Positions 39,829 to 53,149 of a stretch of DNA of 64,000 nucleotides are shown piece after piece. The translations under genes were made by a program, and so were the position numbers. The notes beneath the pieces are model-generated. The model ran no database searches and was not told the origin of the DNA. It saw only the letters and a program-made list of their open reading frames with translations. Numbering within the stretch: the first letter of the stretch is position 1; the number at the start of each line of letters is the position of its first letter. This stretch comes from Octopus sinensis (taxonomy: Eukaryota): assembly GCF_006345805.1 (NCBI RefSeq), contig NC_042999.1:98518001-98582000 (forward strand), read 5' to 3'.

Positions 39829-41495
39829 GATTTCTTGACTGAAAATTTTAACGTTCGAAACGTGCTTCTTAAAAATGTAATTATATATTTTTATATGTAT
39901 TCATTGATCATTCAGTAGTCTCTGAGATAGAGTGGGCACTCAATTAGCAATCTACCAAGCAACATGCCGGGCCAAAAGTTTGTGGCTCCAAATTCCTTGG
40001 TAATTGGATATAAGGCCAAGCCCTAGCAGTGCCTTCAGAACTGAATATTCTGGCTACATATTTGCAGGGCTTTTCTGTATATGCTATTGTTAATGTTTAG
40101 GCTCAGGTCAAGCCGCATCTGGTTGACCTATGACGAAAGGTATTCTGCTTATAAAAACACTACCCTTTTGTATATTCCAGTGTGTTCATTATTTAAGAAA
40201 GCTTATTTGTTAGAGAGTTGGCTGCTATGCTTAGCAGGTTGACTAATAGTACAGTGGTTTCCTGTATATATAGTATTACTGTATCAAAGAATTGGGAGAG
40301 GTTATTCTGCTCTGGTGGTTTGCTTTTTGATGAGTGCTTGCTCTGAGCTGTGTCAGGATGCCTTTTGAAGGAGTCAGAGGAAACAGTGACGATGAAACAG
40401 GAATTGATGAGTGTACATATGAACGAGAGTTTTTCCTGTAAGACGACAACATCAATAACACTTAAATCTTCTTGCATATCAATTACCTGACATCCGTAAT
40501 ATTTTTTCTTTTTTCAGAAAAATTAGAAATATAATTTTTTACAAAAACTTAATTAGGTGTTCCAACGTCCGTTATTTTAAATGGATGTAAATTATATACC
40601 CTCAAACAAAACATTTTATGTTAAGGTCTCTGTAGCAGTCCCTTCACAAAGATTTAGTATTAAGCTTCACTGAGAAGAGTATAAGAACCATCCAACTTTT
40701 GGATCGCTTATCCACCACTATAACTAACTCGTGTTTTCGCTCTCCCATTTACTCTTATGGTGTGGTAATTAATTCAGTTTGTTTCTGTTCATTTAACTTA
40801 GAAATATCTTCTGCTTATGGTTGAAAACACATAGTAATCGAACCATTTAACAACCTATAACTATTTTAACAGTGTGTTAACAACTGCTATGTGTGCATTT
40901 TATGCTTAGTATGTACTTTTTTTATAATCAAAAGCTTTTAACTCATAACACGCATGAGTAAATGTAAATAATATAGATGATTCTCTATTTAAAATGGAGA
41001 AATTTAGCAAATCGGTTTTTCTTAATTTTGAATCTCAGCTTAAACGTGCAGTCTATTCTTTGCTCTATTCCTACCATTTTTATTTACTTAGTCTAACATT
41101 TTTTGGCATTTATTACCAAATTTGTACAGGCATTTATGAAATTATATACTTTCACGTTTTATTCTGATAATTTTGTCTTTTAACTTTCCTTTCCTCTTCA
41201 CAAAATTGCTGAATGCTTCTTTTTTCCTATCAGTTTAATTCATGGTTGGATTAAAGTTTAATTTGTTACATCGTAGCTTTTAGCTAAGCAATTTCGTGAT
41301 TAAACTTCAGATTTTTCTAGTATATATTTATGTTGTACACATAATTAAAATAATCACTGCGATAATATGCACACCGATTTAGAACTGTTTCTATAGCTGC
41401 GTTACTTCAAGCTGTATACTATATTAACTTGACAATGAGTTATTGACCAAGTAAAATACCTGCAAGAGATCAATACAAATGTGTGTTTGTGTGTA

Positions 41496-41528
<33 letters not shown>

Positions 41529-41646
41529 CAGAAAGAGAGAGTGAGAGAGAGAGAGAGATAACAATTCATATAAATCAAAACGAAGACATCTGATATTGTA
41601 TTCGTACTGTTTGTATGTAATCTTATTTCAATATATATTGTAATGT

Positions 41647-42150
41647 AAGGCGGCGAGCTGGCAGAAACGTTAGCACGCCGGACGAAATGCTTAGCGGTAT
41701 TTCGTCTGCCGCTACGTTCTGAGTTCAAATTCCACCGAGGTCGACTTTGCCTTTCATCCTTTCGGGGTCGACTAAATAAGTACCAGTTACGCACTGAAGT
41801 CGATATAATCGACCTAATCCGTTTGTCTGTCCAAGATTGCCCCTTCTGTGTTTAGCCCCTTGTGGGTAGTAAAGAAATAGGTATTTCGTCTGCGGTTACG
41901 TTCTGAGTTCAAATTCCGCCGAGGTCGACTTTGCCTTTCATCTTTTCGAGGTCGATTAAATAAGTACCAATTACACACTGGGGTCGATATAATCGACTTA
42001 ATCCGTTAGTCTGTCCTTGTTCGTCTCCTCTGTGCTGCCTTTCATCCTTTCGGGACTGATAAAATAAGCACCGGTTTTGCACTAGGGTCGATGAAATCGA
42101 CTAGCCCCCACCCCCAAACTTCAGGCTTTGTGCCTTTGATAGAAAAGATT
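41647..42150 (+). mobile_element. SINE family A trimer-like composite
   Basis: Head at 41647, junction gaaatag|gtatttcgtc at 41880, and a third partial core from ~42035. Confidence 0.9.
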
Positions 42151-42202
42151 ATTGTATTCGCACTTATTGTATGTAATATTATTTCAATATATATTGTAAA
42201 GT

Positions 42203-42425
42203 AAGGCGACGAGCTGGCAAGATCGTTAGAACGCCGGCCAAAATGCTTAGCAACATTTCGTCTGCCTTCATGTTCTGAGTTCAGATTCCGCCGAGGTCGA
42301 CTTTGCAAGTCATTCCTTTCGGGGTCGATAAAACAAATAACAGTTAAGCACTGGGATCGATGTAATCGACTTAGCTCCGCTAGCTCGAAATTGCTGGCCT
42401 TGTGCCAAAATTCGATCCCATTATT
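42203..42425 (+). mobile_element. SINE family A monomer, more diverged
   Basis: aaggcgacgagctggcaagatcgttag...tcctttcggggtcgataaaa...gctggccttgtgccaaaattcga. Confidence 0.85.
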
Positions 42426-43668
42426 TATTGTAAAGACTGAATAAGCTGAAATGGAAATATCAGAAGATAACCGAACAAAATGCTCTGACTTCGCGTGTGT
42501 TGTGCTTAAAAACGTGTTTATATTCTTGAATGTGATAAAGTGTAGAATTAGATTGTTATCCTGCTTTCAGCTACAGTGTTGCTGCCAGGATTTGAAAAGT
42601 AGTGCATATCCCACCGCCATTTTGTGATTTAGTTAGGGGCGGATTTTCGAAAAACAAGGGGGGAATTCGCGGGGAGGTTCAGTGAACAAATCAAACACAC
42701 TACCCAGCAGTGGCTTAAACGCGAACCGATCAAGTTTATGTATATATTTTCTTTTTATATGTTTGTTTCCTTTTATACGGTATTAAAACAACGGCTAAAA
42801 ATTTTCTGAAACAGCTCCCCTACAAATTTTATCTACGAGCCGCCACTGCTACCTACCTACCTACCTACCTACCTACCTACCCAACTCCATCCAGCCACAC
42901 CTGCCTACCACCTTGCTTATTTACTAATTTACTTACCTTCATATTCATCTATATAGCTATTTATTGCCATAATTAGAAAAGCATTTCCCCTCCAACATTT
43001 TCCTATTAATTTCCCTCTAGTTATCATTATTTCCCACTCCCCCTCTCTTCTCCTTCCCCTCCTTTCTCCTCTCTTTGGGCTTTTTGTCTTTCTATATCTC
43101 CAAACAGCTCTCCAAACCTTATCAGTCCATATACTTCCTATCCTTTCTCTTGTTTATCTCCCTCTACGTCTCTCTCCGTCCCATTCTCAGATTCCTACAT
43201 GTACATTTTGTTAAATATTCATTTATGTAAATTTATACAGCTCACTCTTTCCGCTCCCCCTCCTCCCCTCTCTCTTTCTCTCTCTCTCTCTGTCACTATC
43301 TCCCACTTATAATCTTTCTTCAAATTCCTTCATCTCAAAACTCTTCTCCCCCATTACCCTTTGCCTTTGTCATTCTTTAAATTGTATACAAGTTCTCACA
43401 CTTTCTGTCAAACGACTATGAATGTTTAATAACTGAAAAATCTTTCTCCTTTCCCCATACACGCATGCGTCTTAATAATCCCATACAATTACGCGTAGCA
43501 CATACGTACATGTACAAGAATACTCGGAAACTCGTTAGTAGTATACATTTGTATGTGGCCTAACACACACTCACACACATACAGTGTGTGTGTGTTGCTG
43601 ACTTATGTGTGGTTTCTAAAGTGGGTAGATCTTCAACTAGTACATTGTGCTAACGTGAGTGTGTGTGC

Positions 43669-43707
<39 letters not shown>

Positions 43708-43864
43708 TGTGTGTGTGAGTGTGTGCGTGTGATTGTTATCTCATGCTCAGACAAATTGCTGAAAACAGGAAGAAGAGGAAATGTATATCAGATCATAAGC
43801 AAAAGATAAACAACAACGAAAACACACCCGACCAAAAAGGACGAGGAAACACGCAGATACACAC

Positions 43865-43902
<38 letters not shown>

Positions 43903-44327
43903 ACACAACACACATATGCAAACACATAGATATACACATACATACATACATACATACATACATACATACATACATACATACATACACACATACATACATA
44001 CATGCATGCATACTATTAAAAATTACGCGCGAAATTGTTTTCGGTGTATTTGTACATCAGAAGTATAGTTAACCAATAAAGCTCTTATTGTAACTGAGTC
44101 TACTATTTTGTCGTATAAGGGGGAACAAAGAGACGGATGGAATTGGGAATATTACGAATCAAACAATATGATAAATAATGAATATATATGTCATACATAT
44201 ATCAAAGAATTATGCAATATATATTGATATAATATTTACGATATATATAAAAGATAAACAATCGGCTAGATATTAAATATAAACATATGACGCATGATAT
44301 ATAGTACGTACTAATACATGCATGACT

Positions 44328-44340
<13 letters not shown>

Positions 44341-44359
<19 letters not shown>

Positions 44360-44734
44360 ACACACAACTATCTGGTAAGAAGTTTGCTTGCCAAGCACAT
44401 AGTTCTGGGTTCGGTCCCACTACGTGGCATCTTGGGTTAGTGCCTTCTACAATAATCCCGGGCCGACCAAAAAGCCTTGTGAGCAGATTTGGATTTTGTC
44501 TGTGTGTTTGCTCCCACCCACAGCTCCCCCTCCCCCACCGCTTGACAACCGGTGGTGGTTTGTTTATGTTCTCTTTACTTAACGGTCCTGCCAAAGAGAC
44601 CTATAGAATAAGTATCAGGTTTAGAAAAAAATATGTACTGGAAGCGATTTTGAAGGCGGTGCTCCAGCATGACTGCAGTCTAGTGACTGAAACGAGTAAA
44701 AAATAAAAGATACACACAAACACATACACACACT

Positions 44735-44771
<37 letters not shown>

Positions 44772-45164
44772 ACACACAACTATCTGGTAAGAAGTTTGCT
44801 TGCCAAGCACATAGTTCTGGGTTCGGTCCCACTACGTGGCATCTTGGGTTAGTGCCTTCTACAATAATCCCGGGCCGACCAAAAAGCCTTGTGAGCAGAT
44901 TTGGATTTTGTCTGTGTGTTTGCTCCCACCCACAGCTCCCCCTCCCCCACCGCTTGACAACCGGTGGTGGTTTGTTTATGTTCTCTTTACTTAACGGTCC
45001 TGCCAAAGAGACCTATAGAATAAGTATCAGGTTTAGAAAAAAATATGTACTGGAAGCGATTTTGAAGGCGGTGCTCCAGCATGACTGCAGTCTAGTGACT
45101 GAAACGAGTAAAAAATAAAAGATACACACAAACACATACACACACTCACATACACACACACACA
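44341..45164 (+). repeat. Tandem duplication with a 412-bp period; each unit is a decayed SINE family D copy plus (CA)n
   Basis: The identical ORFs 44440..44706 and 44852..45118 are offset by 412. I found no differences between the units by eye. Confidence 0.95.
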
Positions 45165-45922
45165 ATCGTATATGCATATACACATTATATGTGTGCGGGT
45201 ATTACATAAGGTTTGGATATAATGTAAATATATAAGACGTTATTAAAAGCATTGCACCTACAACTCTTAGCGTCTAACACACACGCACATATGTGTGTAT
45301 GCACACACAACGTGTGGATTTGTGTACTTAGATTTCAACATAGGGAAAAAAATATATATTTGAATGAATGAATAAATAAATAAAAGTTCGTCCCGATTTA
45401 TTTATTTATTAATTTAAAAAATACAAAAACAGGAAGAAATTAAAAGAAAATATCGAATTCAACGATAGAGTAGTAAAAAGGCGTTAAATGAACAGCACGT
45501 ACGATGGAAATATTAGTATTTAAAGAACTGGATGTGTCTGTGCAAGCAGTATTTGTTTTGCATCTGTTGAGCGCACAGGAGAGAGGTGAAGAGCGAAAGA
45601 CATTTGAATAACATGCCTCCTACTCATGCTGACTGACCGGTTACCAAATAGGCTTTTTTCTCTTCTTTCTCCCGTCTTATCGTCTTCTTTTTGCCTCTCC
45701 CATCTTTTTGCATACTAAATTATATAAATACATATATATTTATTTATCTATTTATGTGTGCGTATATGTATGTGTGTATGTATACACACGAAATTTTACT
45801 AACACCTACAGAGTTAGATTTCCTTTGGACAAAAAACATTTGTAAATATTACGACCTAGACCTGGACTGTATATGCTGAAGTTGGCTGGACCGGACTGAA
45901 ATAGGTAAGCGACCGCTCTGCA

Positions 45923-45924
45923 CT

Positions 45925-46007
<83 letters not shown>

Positions 46008-46009
46008 GT

Positions 46010-46087
<78 letters not shown>

Positions 46088-46089
46088 GT

Positions 46090-46164
<75 letters not shown>

Positions 46165-46212
46165 CTGTGTGCAGCCCTGTGTGGCTAATAAAGAAACATA
46201 TCTATCTATCTG

Positions 46213-46277
<65 letters not shown>

Positions 46278-46304
46278 ATATATATATATCTATCTATCTA
46301 TATA

Positions 46305-46389
<85 letters not shown>

Positions 46390-46440
46390 GTTTATCTGTC
46401 TGTTTATCTGTCTGTCTATCTATCTATCGGTCGATCGATC
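45923..46440. repeat. ~520-bp (TCTA)n tract with an embedded ~35-bp SINE-tail-like fragment
   Basis: ctgtgtgcagccctgtgtggctaataaagaaaca at ~46164-46198. Confidence 0.9.
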
Positions 46441-47298
46441 TATATCATATGTGTGTGTGCGTATTTACCTCTTTTGTTTGTTTAGTCACCGTAATGAAAG
46501 CCATGCTGGAGCACCGCCTTCAAATGCTTGTGCACTTGCGTATTTACGTATTTAGGCACGTACGAGTGTGCAACGAATATATATGCATACGCATGCACAT
46601 GCGTGTGGTTAAGATGTTTGATTCTTAACCATGATAATCTAAGTACAATTCCAGAATTTGGTGGTTTGGGCAATTGCCTCATACCTCACTTTTGGGTCAG
46701 TCGCAGACTCAAGAATGAGATTTATTCGGCGGGAAAATGGGTTGAAGTTTCTCAATGCACCTGCATTTCGAAAGGAGAACCTTGTCTTCGTATTTGACAA
46801 ACTGATTCTATTTAAGGATCACATTCAGGATACAAGTGTCTATCGAAACCTCGACCATTGAATGTAGTTGTTCATTCGATCGAACCGTTGTAATACTCAT
46901 CATCGATATCGATAAAGATCCATTTTTATGAGCGAATATGTCAATATGTGTATGTATCTCCCTCTTTCTTTCCCTTTCTCTCTCTTACCTCTTTCATACA
47001 CACACACACACACACACTTGTATAAACATGTACACAGTTGTTAACATACATACATGTATATAATAATCACATGCATACACACATGCGTGTGTTTATATAT
47101 ATATATGAGATGCATATGTATATATATATGCATATATATATATATGTGTGTGTGTGTGTATGTGTGTGTGTGTATGTGCGTGTTCGAGCGTACCCACATA
47201 TATACACGCATACACACGTACCCACATACACATAAAATTTAAGTAACTTTATCCAAAAGTCTGTTGAACATGCTAACAGTGACTGTGGGACAGTTTTC

Positions 47299-47357
<59 letters not shown>

Positions 47358-47788
47358 GATATAGATATATATATGATACTCTTCCTCTTTTTTAACCTTC
47401 CTTCATTGGTTCTGTTTATATCGGCGGTTCCTAAATGCGTAAATAACTCTTTGTGCATGCTGTTGTTTACTCCCAGATCAGCTCCAACCGAGCAGGTTTA
47501 TGATGAAAGACATTCCACTAATCACTACCTAACCTTTCGGAATAACTAAAACTACACTATCTAATGGATACTTCGACGGTAGTATGTAGTTTGAGGGAAA
47601 TAAATTTAGTAGCTGTTTCTGCTAAATCGAGAGACAATGAAGAGGCTTGCTTGTATATTTATTGCAACTGGTGTTTGTTAGGGAGTACACAGTATTTGTT
47701 GAGGATGCTGTTGTATGATGCGCAGGTGCGAGTCTGTAACCGTAGATTAATAAATGCGTTTTACGTTTGCTTTACTTTTTAAAACTTT

Positions 47789-48200
47789 AGGCGCAGGAGT
47801 GGCTGTGTGGTAAGTAGCTTGCTTACCAACCATATGGTTCTGGGTTCAGTCCCACTGCGTGGCACCTTGAGCAAGTGTCTTCTGCTATAGCCCCGGGCCG
47901 ACCAATGCCTTGTGAGTGGATTTGGTAGACGGAAACTGAAAGAAGCTTGTCGTGTATATATATATATATGTATGTGTGTGTATATGTTTGTGTGTCTGTG
48001 TTTGTCCCCCTCGCATTGCTTGACAACCGATGCTGGTGTGTTTACGTCCCCGTCACTTAGCGGTTCGGCAAAAGAGACCGATAGAATAAGTACTGGGCTT
48101 ACAAAGAAAAAGTCCCGGGGTCGATTTGCTCGACTAAAGGCGGTGCTCCAGCATGGTCGCAGTCAAATGACTGAAACAAGTAAAAGAGTAAAAAGAGTAA
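47789..48200 (+). mobile_element. SINE family D, full length and little decayed
   Basis: tRNA-like head ggcgcaggagtggctgtgtggtaag...ggttcagtccc, an internal (TA)/(TG) tract, and an (aaaagagt)n tail. Confidence 0.92.
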
Positions 48201-48627
48201 ACTACTGTATGTACAAGACAGAAAACATATCTAGGTATTGCACACATACATCTAAGTATTGTACGAATGCAGATATTCTCACACACAGACGTAATAAATG
48301 CTTACACACACAAACACAAGCATGCGCATGGAATTTCACATACATATACACATCTACGCATATACACCCAGTTATGTACAAATACACGCAGTCATACATA
48401 CAAATATATATACTTACATACAAAGAAACATACATACATACACATGCGTACATAAGAACATACTTACATGTGCATATACATGCATACACACACACATACA
48501 AACATACAAACAAATAATTATACAAACATATACATACAAAATGTACAGACATATAAATTTTGTGATAGTTTGTAACCAAAAAGGGAAAACAGTCCTCATT
48601 CCATGATAAACGTTTGTATAGGTATTT

Positions 48628-48865
48628 ATTTCTTATTTCTTTATTGCCCACATGGGGCTAAACATAGAGGAGACAAACAAGGACAGACAAAGGGATTAAG
48701 TCGAATACATCGACCCCAGTGCGTAAATGGTACTTAATTTATCGACTCTGAAGGGATGAAGGCAAAGTTGGCCTCGACGGAATTTGAACTCAGAACGTAA
48801 AGGCAGACGAAATACCGCTAACCATTTCGCCCGGCGTGCTAACGTTTCTACCAGCTCACCGCCTT
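48628..48865 (-). mobile_element. SINE family A monomer (tail-1 type) with a 15-bp TSD (one mismatch)
   Basis: tttgtataggtattt (48613-48627) versus tttgtatagttattt (48866-48880). Confidence 0.92.
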
Positions 48866-49173
48866 TTTGTATAGTTATTTCTATTAAGGATTAGGCTGGT
48901 CTCGAAATTACAAAAGTCCTTCAGATGGATTGCAACTCTAATTCAAAGATGCAGTCTTGTCACATATTTTCTCGCTGATTTTGTCAGAGGGTTTCATTAA
49001 GGGCACAACGTATCTGCGGAATTTCAATGAGCAGGTGATTAGCGTGACCAAACAATGGAATACTCGTCGTCGAAACTGACGGAAATCCATAAAGTACTAC
49101 CTGTACGTGTGTACACGCGTGAACGCGTCTATGTGTTTGCATGTGTGTGTACGCTTGTCTGTCTGTCTGTCCG

Positions 49174-49260
<87 letters not shown>

Positions 49261-49877
49261 GCATGCATACGCTTATGTTTATGTACAGAAGTCTTATTAC
49301 TATGTACATGCATGTGTGTTTGTGTGTGAGTGTGTGTACTTGCGTGTGTATACACTCACATACACACATACTTCCCCATAAACATGTATATGAATATATT
49401 TGCATAAACATATATGTATATACAATTGTCTCTCATCAGGCTACACATTTGCCCCGTCTTCTCGTCACCTACAACTTGTATGCTCCAAGGCATGTTTATA
49501 TATGTGCAATAAAGACTTACTTGCCGTCATTTAAAACGACGCACCTTTCAATGTAGAATAAACCCTCATCACTCTTGCTTAAACTTCCGTACATAGGCAC
49601 CAAACATGCTTCCTAAACGCATCCTACTAGAACATGTGCAAGCACGTAAACATCCTTTAATGAAATATCAGCTGCGCCATTGATAGATCAAAGAAGACAT
49701 TCACTGCAATTTGCTAGGTAACTGACCTCCTTTATTCACGACTAAAAAAGTCTGTAACCACCAAAGTGGTTTACAAACGCTTGGTTTTAAAACTTTCGAG
49801 TATCTCTTGTAGACACCTCATTAATGAAACATCGCTAGAGCTCCTTCCCCCAAATTTGTCTATCACTTCAGAATATA

Positions 49878-50113
49878 TATTAAAAAAATGCGCCCTTTTA
49901 AAGCCTAGCCGGTTTCTATGGCGTATGTGTTCCCTAGCTGGACGGGACGCCAGTCCATCGCAGCGTTACTCATTTTTGCCAGCTGAGTGGACTGGAGCAA
50001 CGTGAAATGAAGTGTTTTACTCAAGAACACAACGCGTCGCCCGGTCCAGGAATCAAAACCACAATCTTACGATCATGTTGCTGACACCCTAACCACTAAG
50101 CTACGCGCCTCCA
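49878..50113 (-). mobile_element. SINE family B short-tail variant with a 14-bp TSD
   Basis: cacttcagaatata occurs at 49864-49877 and 50114-50127. The tRNA-like head is on the minus strand. Confidence 0.92.
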
Positions 50114-50417
50114 CACTTCAGAATATACTTGAGCCATAATCAGATGCCGAGTTTATACGACGCTCAAATTAGATCGGCTACAGCAGGTATATTTATTACA
50201 TTTAAACATTCGTAGATAGTATTTGACAGAGAAAATAAAAATCCATTAGACAGACGGGCAAAAATGAGCAACACGGATATACTCTTACAGATGTACACAC
50301 AACCCCACTTTTCTCCTCCCTATAATGCATACACATCTTCCCCCTAACTCCTATTCCCTTTCTCCAAACACCTTTTCTCATTGATTTTCTTTCTTTTTTA
50401 TTTGTATCTCAGTCTTT

Positions 50418-50451
50418 CTTCTGATGAAGGACCTGCATCCGAAAAGTCAAG
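50418..50451 (+). ncRNA. Minimal hammerhead-like motif (Penelope type)
   Basis: ctt-CTGATGA-a-gga(cctgca)tcc-GAAA-agt-C-aag. Stems I and II are intact; stem III reads AAGT instead of the palindrome ACGT. Confidence 0.55.
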
Positions 50452-50606
50452 TGTCTTTCCCTTCATTTCAATCATTAAACTAAGGACATATTCGTTAAAA
50501 CCTGTCCCTCCCTACTGCCTTCTTTATAATATTTACAGAATATTTCATACACACACGCACACATACACACACGCACACATACACACACGCACACATACAT
50601 ACACAC

Positions 50607-50640
<34 letters not shown>

Positions 50641-50908
50641 ATACAAAGAGAGAGAGGGGGATGGAGATAGATAGACAGAGAATGAATGAGTGAGTGGGTG
50701 AGTGCAACATGTGCTCAAATGAAAGTGAGCTTAAAGTCAAACCGTTATCTATGGTCAGTGCTTTGGTATCGAAAGTGGCTATATGATGCTACAAAATAAA
50801 GATATTTAAAAATGATATAATTAAATATCATTTAAATTCTAGAGATTTTGTAAGACCCCTGTATATATGTATAGGTGTACATATGTATGTATTTATATAT
50901 ATATGCGC

Positions 50909-50973
<65 letters not shown>

Positions 50974-52781
50974 TATCATTAGTTTTGCTTTGTGTGTATG
51001 AAGTTTTTTTTGAAACTGTTTCATATATTTGTATAAGAATTAAAGCACTCAGGGCGAGAAAAGGTGAGGAAATTTTATGGAATATCTCTTACTCAGGAAA
51101 TCTCTTGCTGGGATTTATGTCTTTGGTATATTTCTGGCTTATGTATTTCATTCAGCTTGGTTAATGTAAAAAAGAAAAAGCTTCCAGCTGATCAAGCGTA
51201 CCATCCAGTTTCGATATCCGGTAATATTTGCAGCAAGTTTGTATATGCTACGTTGCTAGTGTATTTGAACAAAATGGCGTAAAAGAAAATCACATGGTTT
51301 CATTCAACCACTCCAGCCTTATATTAAATCTTGTGTTCAAAGAAGGGACTGTTGAGTGTGGTTGTTTTTATCATAATGTCAGTCTAAATGTATTCATTCG
51401 CAAATGAATTATATATAAGGATATTCTTATTGTACATTCAATTCTGTCCTACAATCGAAAAGGGTTTTGAACCTAATGTTAACTCAAACGTTAAAGTATG
51501 AACACAAAAAGAAATAGTTTTTCCACATATGGCGAAATATGAGGATGTAGTATTAATTTAAATAGCCTGCTCGAATATTTACTCAAATTTATCTAAAATA
51601 ACCAAGATTTATTGTCAGTATTTGAATATCTTTTCTTGCACTAGCTATCGTATCCAACAATATGAGAAAGAAACTGTTGCTATTCCTATGCTCTTGATGA
51701 TCGTATTTCTATTAGACCATGTTTATTGAGTAATTGAACAAACAAGAAGAATGAAAACAGTGGCACCTAATTTCCCAGTGGTGAGACAACTTGAATAAGA
51801 TGTTTAGAAACCGATGTGTCGTTTGCAGATACATAAAATAGCGCCAGAAAATTGTAAACATGACAAAGTCAAATATGTTAATTGATGGAGGGCAGAACAT
51901 AGCTAAGGATTTGACGGGCTTTATAAGATCTCAAATATAATACAATATTTACTGTGTACTTAAAAAAGGTTAATGCTTCCATACAGGAAAAACATTACGA
52001 TAATGTTATCAGTTTTTTAACCGATCAGATTCTATATATTACTCGTATCATTTGTATCAGAGTCTAAATATTTTCACATCAGAAATATTGATGTATCGGA
52101 ACTTTAGACGTTCTATTGACTATTTTAAGACACGAATAATGTGGAAATTTTGAAATAGATTTAACATTAACCTGGATGGTAAATGGTATCATCCCATCAC
52201 AATACACATCTAAGTATATACATATGTGTATGTATGCATGACTGTATCAATATATATATATATATATATGAATATTATCACAGACACTTAAATACAAGCA
52301 TACGCACACACTAGGTCTGTTTAATGTAACAATCTCACCTCTTCTTTCAACCAAATATAGATATGATATTTGGATATATCGATATAATATAACAGTATAT
52401 CAATATTGTGTAATGAAAACATTCCACCTAATCGATGTAGAATTATTACTTTATCGCAATCTCTCCCAAGAATTTAGTTTGCAGGAACTGTTTTGGCTAT
52501 TCATAATCCTTACATCAATTCCTGTTAAGATCGATTTAGTCTTTTATCGTTTTAGGTAAAGCCATTAATTTATTATTATTATTATTGTTGTTGCTGTTGT
52601 TGTTGTTATTGTTATTATGCATACATACATATGTATGTATCTGTTATCTCTCTTTGTCTACCTATGTGTGTGTCTAGTTACATCCAGTCACACACAGGCA
52701 CACAGACACACAGGTACACAGGAACACAGGCACACACACACAGATAAACATATGTATGTTTTCACATCCATAGTTATCTAT

Positions 52782-52812
<31 letters not shown>

Positions 52813-52876
52813 AAATATATCAAATACCATAGAACATAAATTTTTGATAATACAGTTCTATATCTTTATATGTTTT

Positions 52877-52965
<89 letters not shown>

Positions 52966-53149
52966 TGCGTTTATATATATGTGTGTGTGTGTGTATTTGT
53001 ACGTATGTTTACAAACAAGATGAGGACAAATATCCGTCAAATGTAAATAACGTAAATGATATAAATTTTTGATTAATTAATTTTAATCCACTGCTAGAGC
53101 ATGTATCATATACGATTGTTCAAAGAAGACTGAAAAAGTAAATAGTAGC

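Noticed and set aside
40193-40477. 94-aa minus-strand ORF as an exon
   Set aside because: No recognisable homology and no convincing acceptor/donor pair. It cannot be excluded without RNA data.
42707-42848. gcagtggc...gccactgc as a MITE
   Set aside because: Only 8 bp of inverted match and no TSD.
45924-46628. 234-aa ORF, the longest in the track
   Set aside because: It is a (TCTA)n translation (YLSI repeats).
47912-48517. 201-aa ORF
   Set aside because: It is read-through of SINE D into CA/TA repeats.
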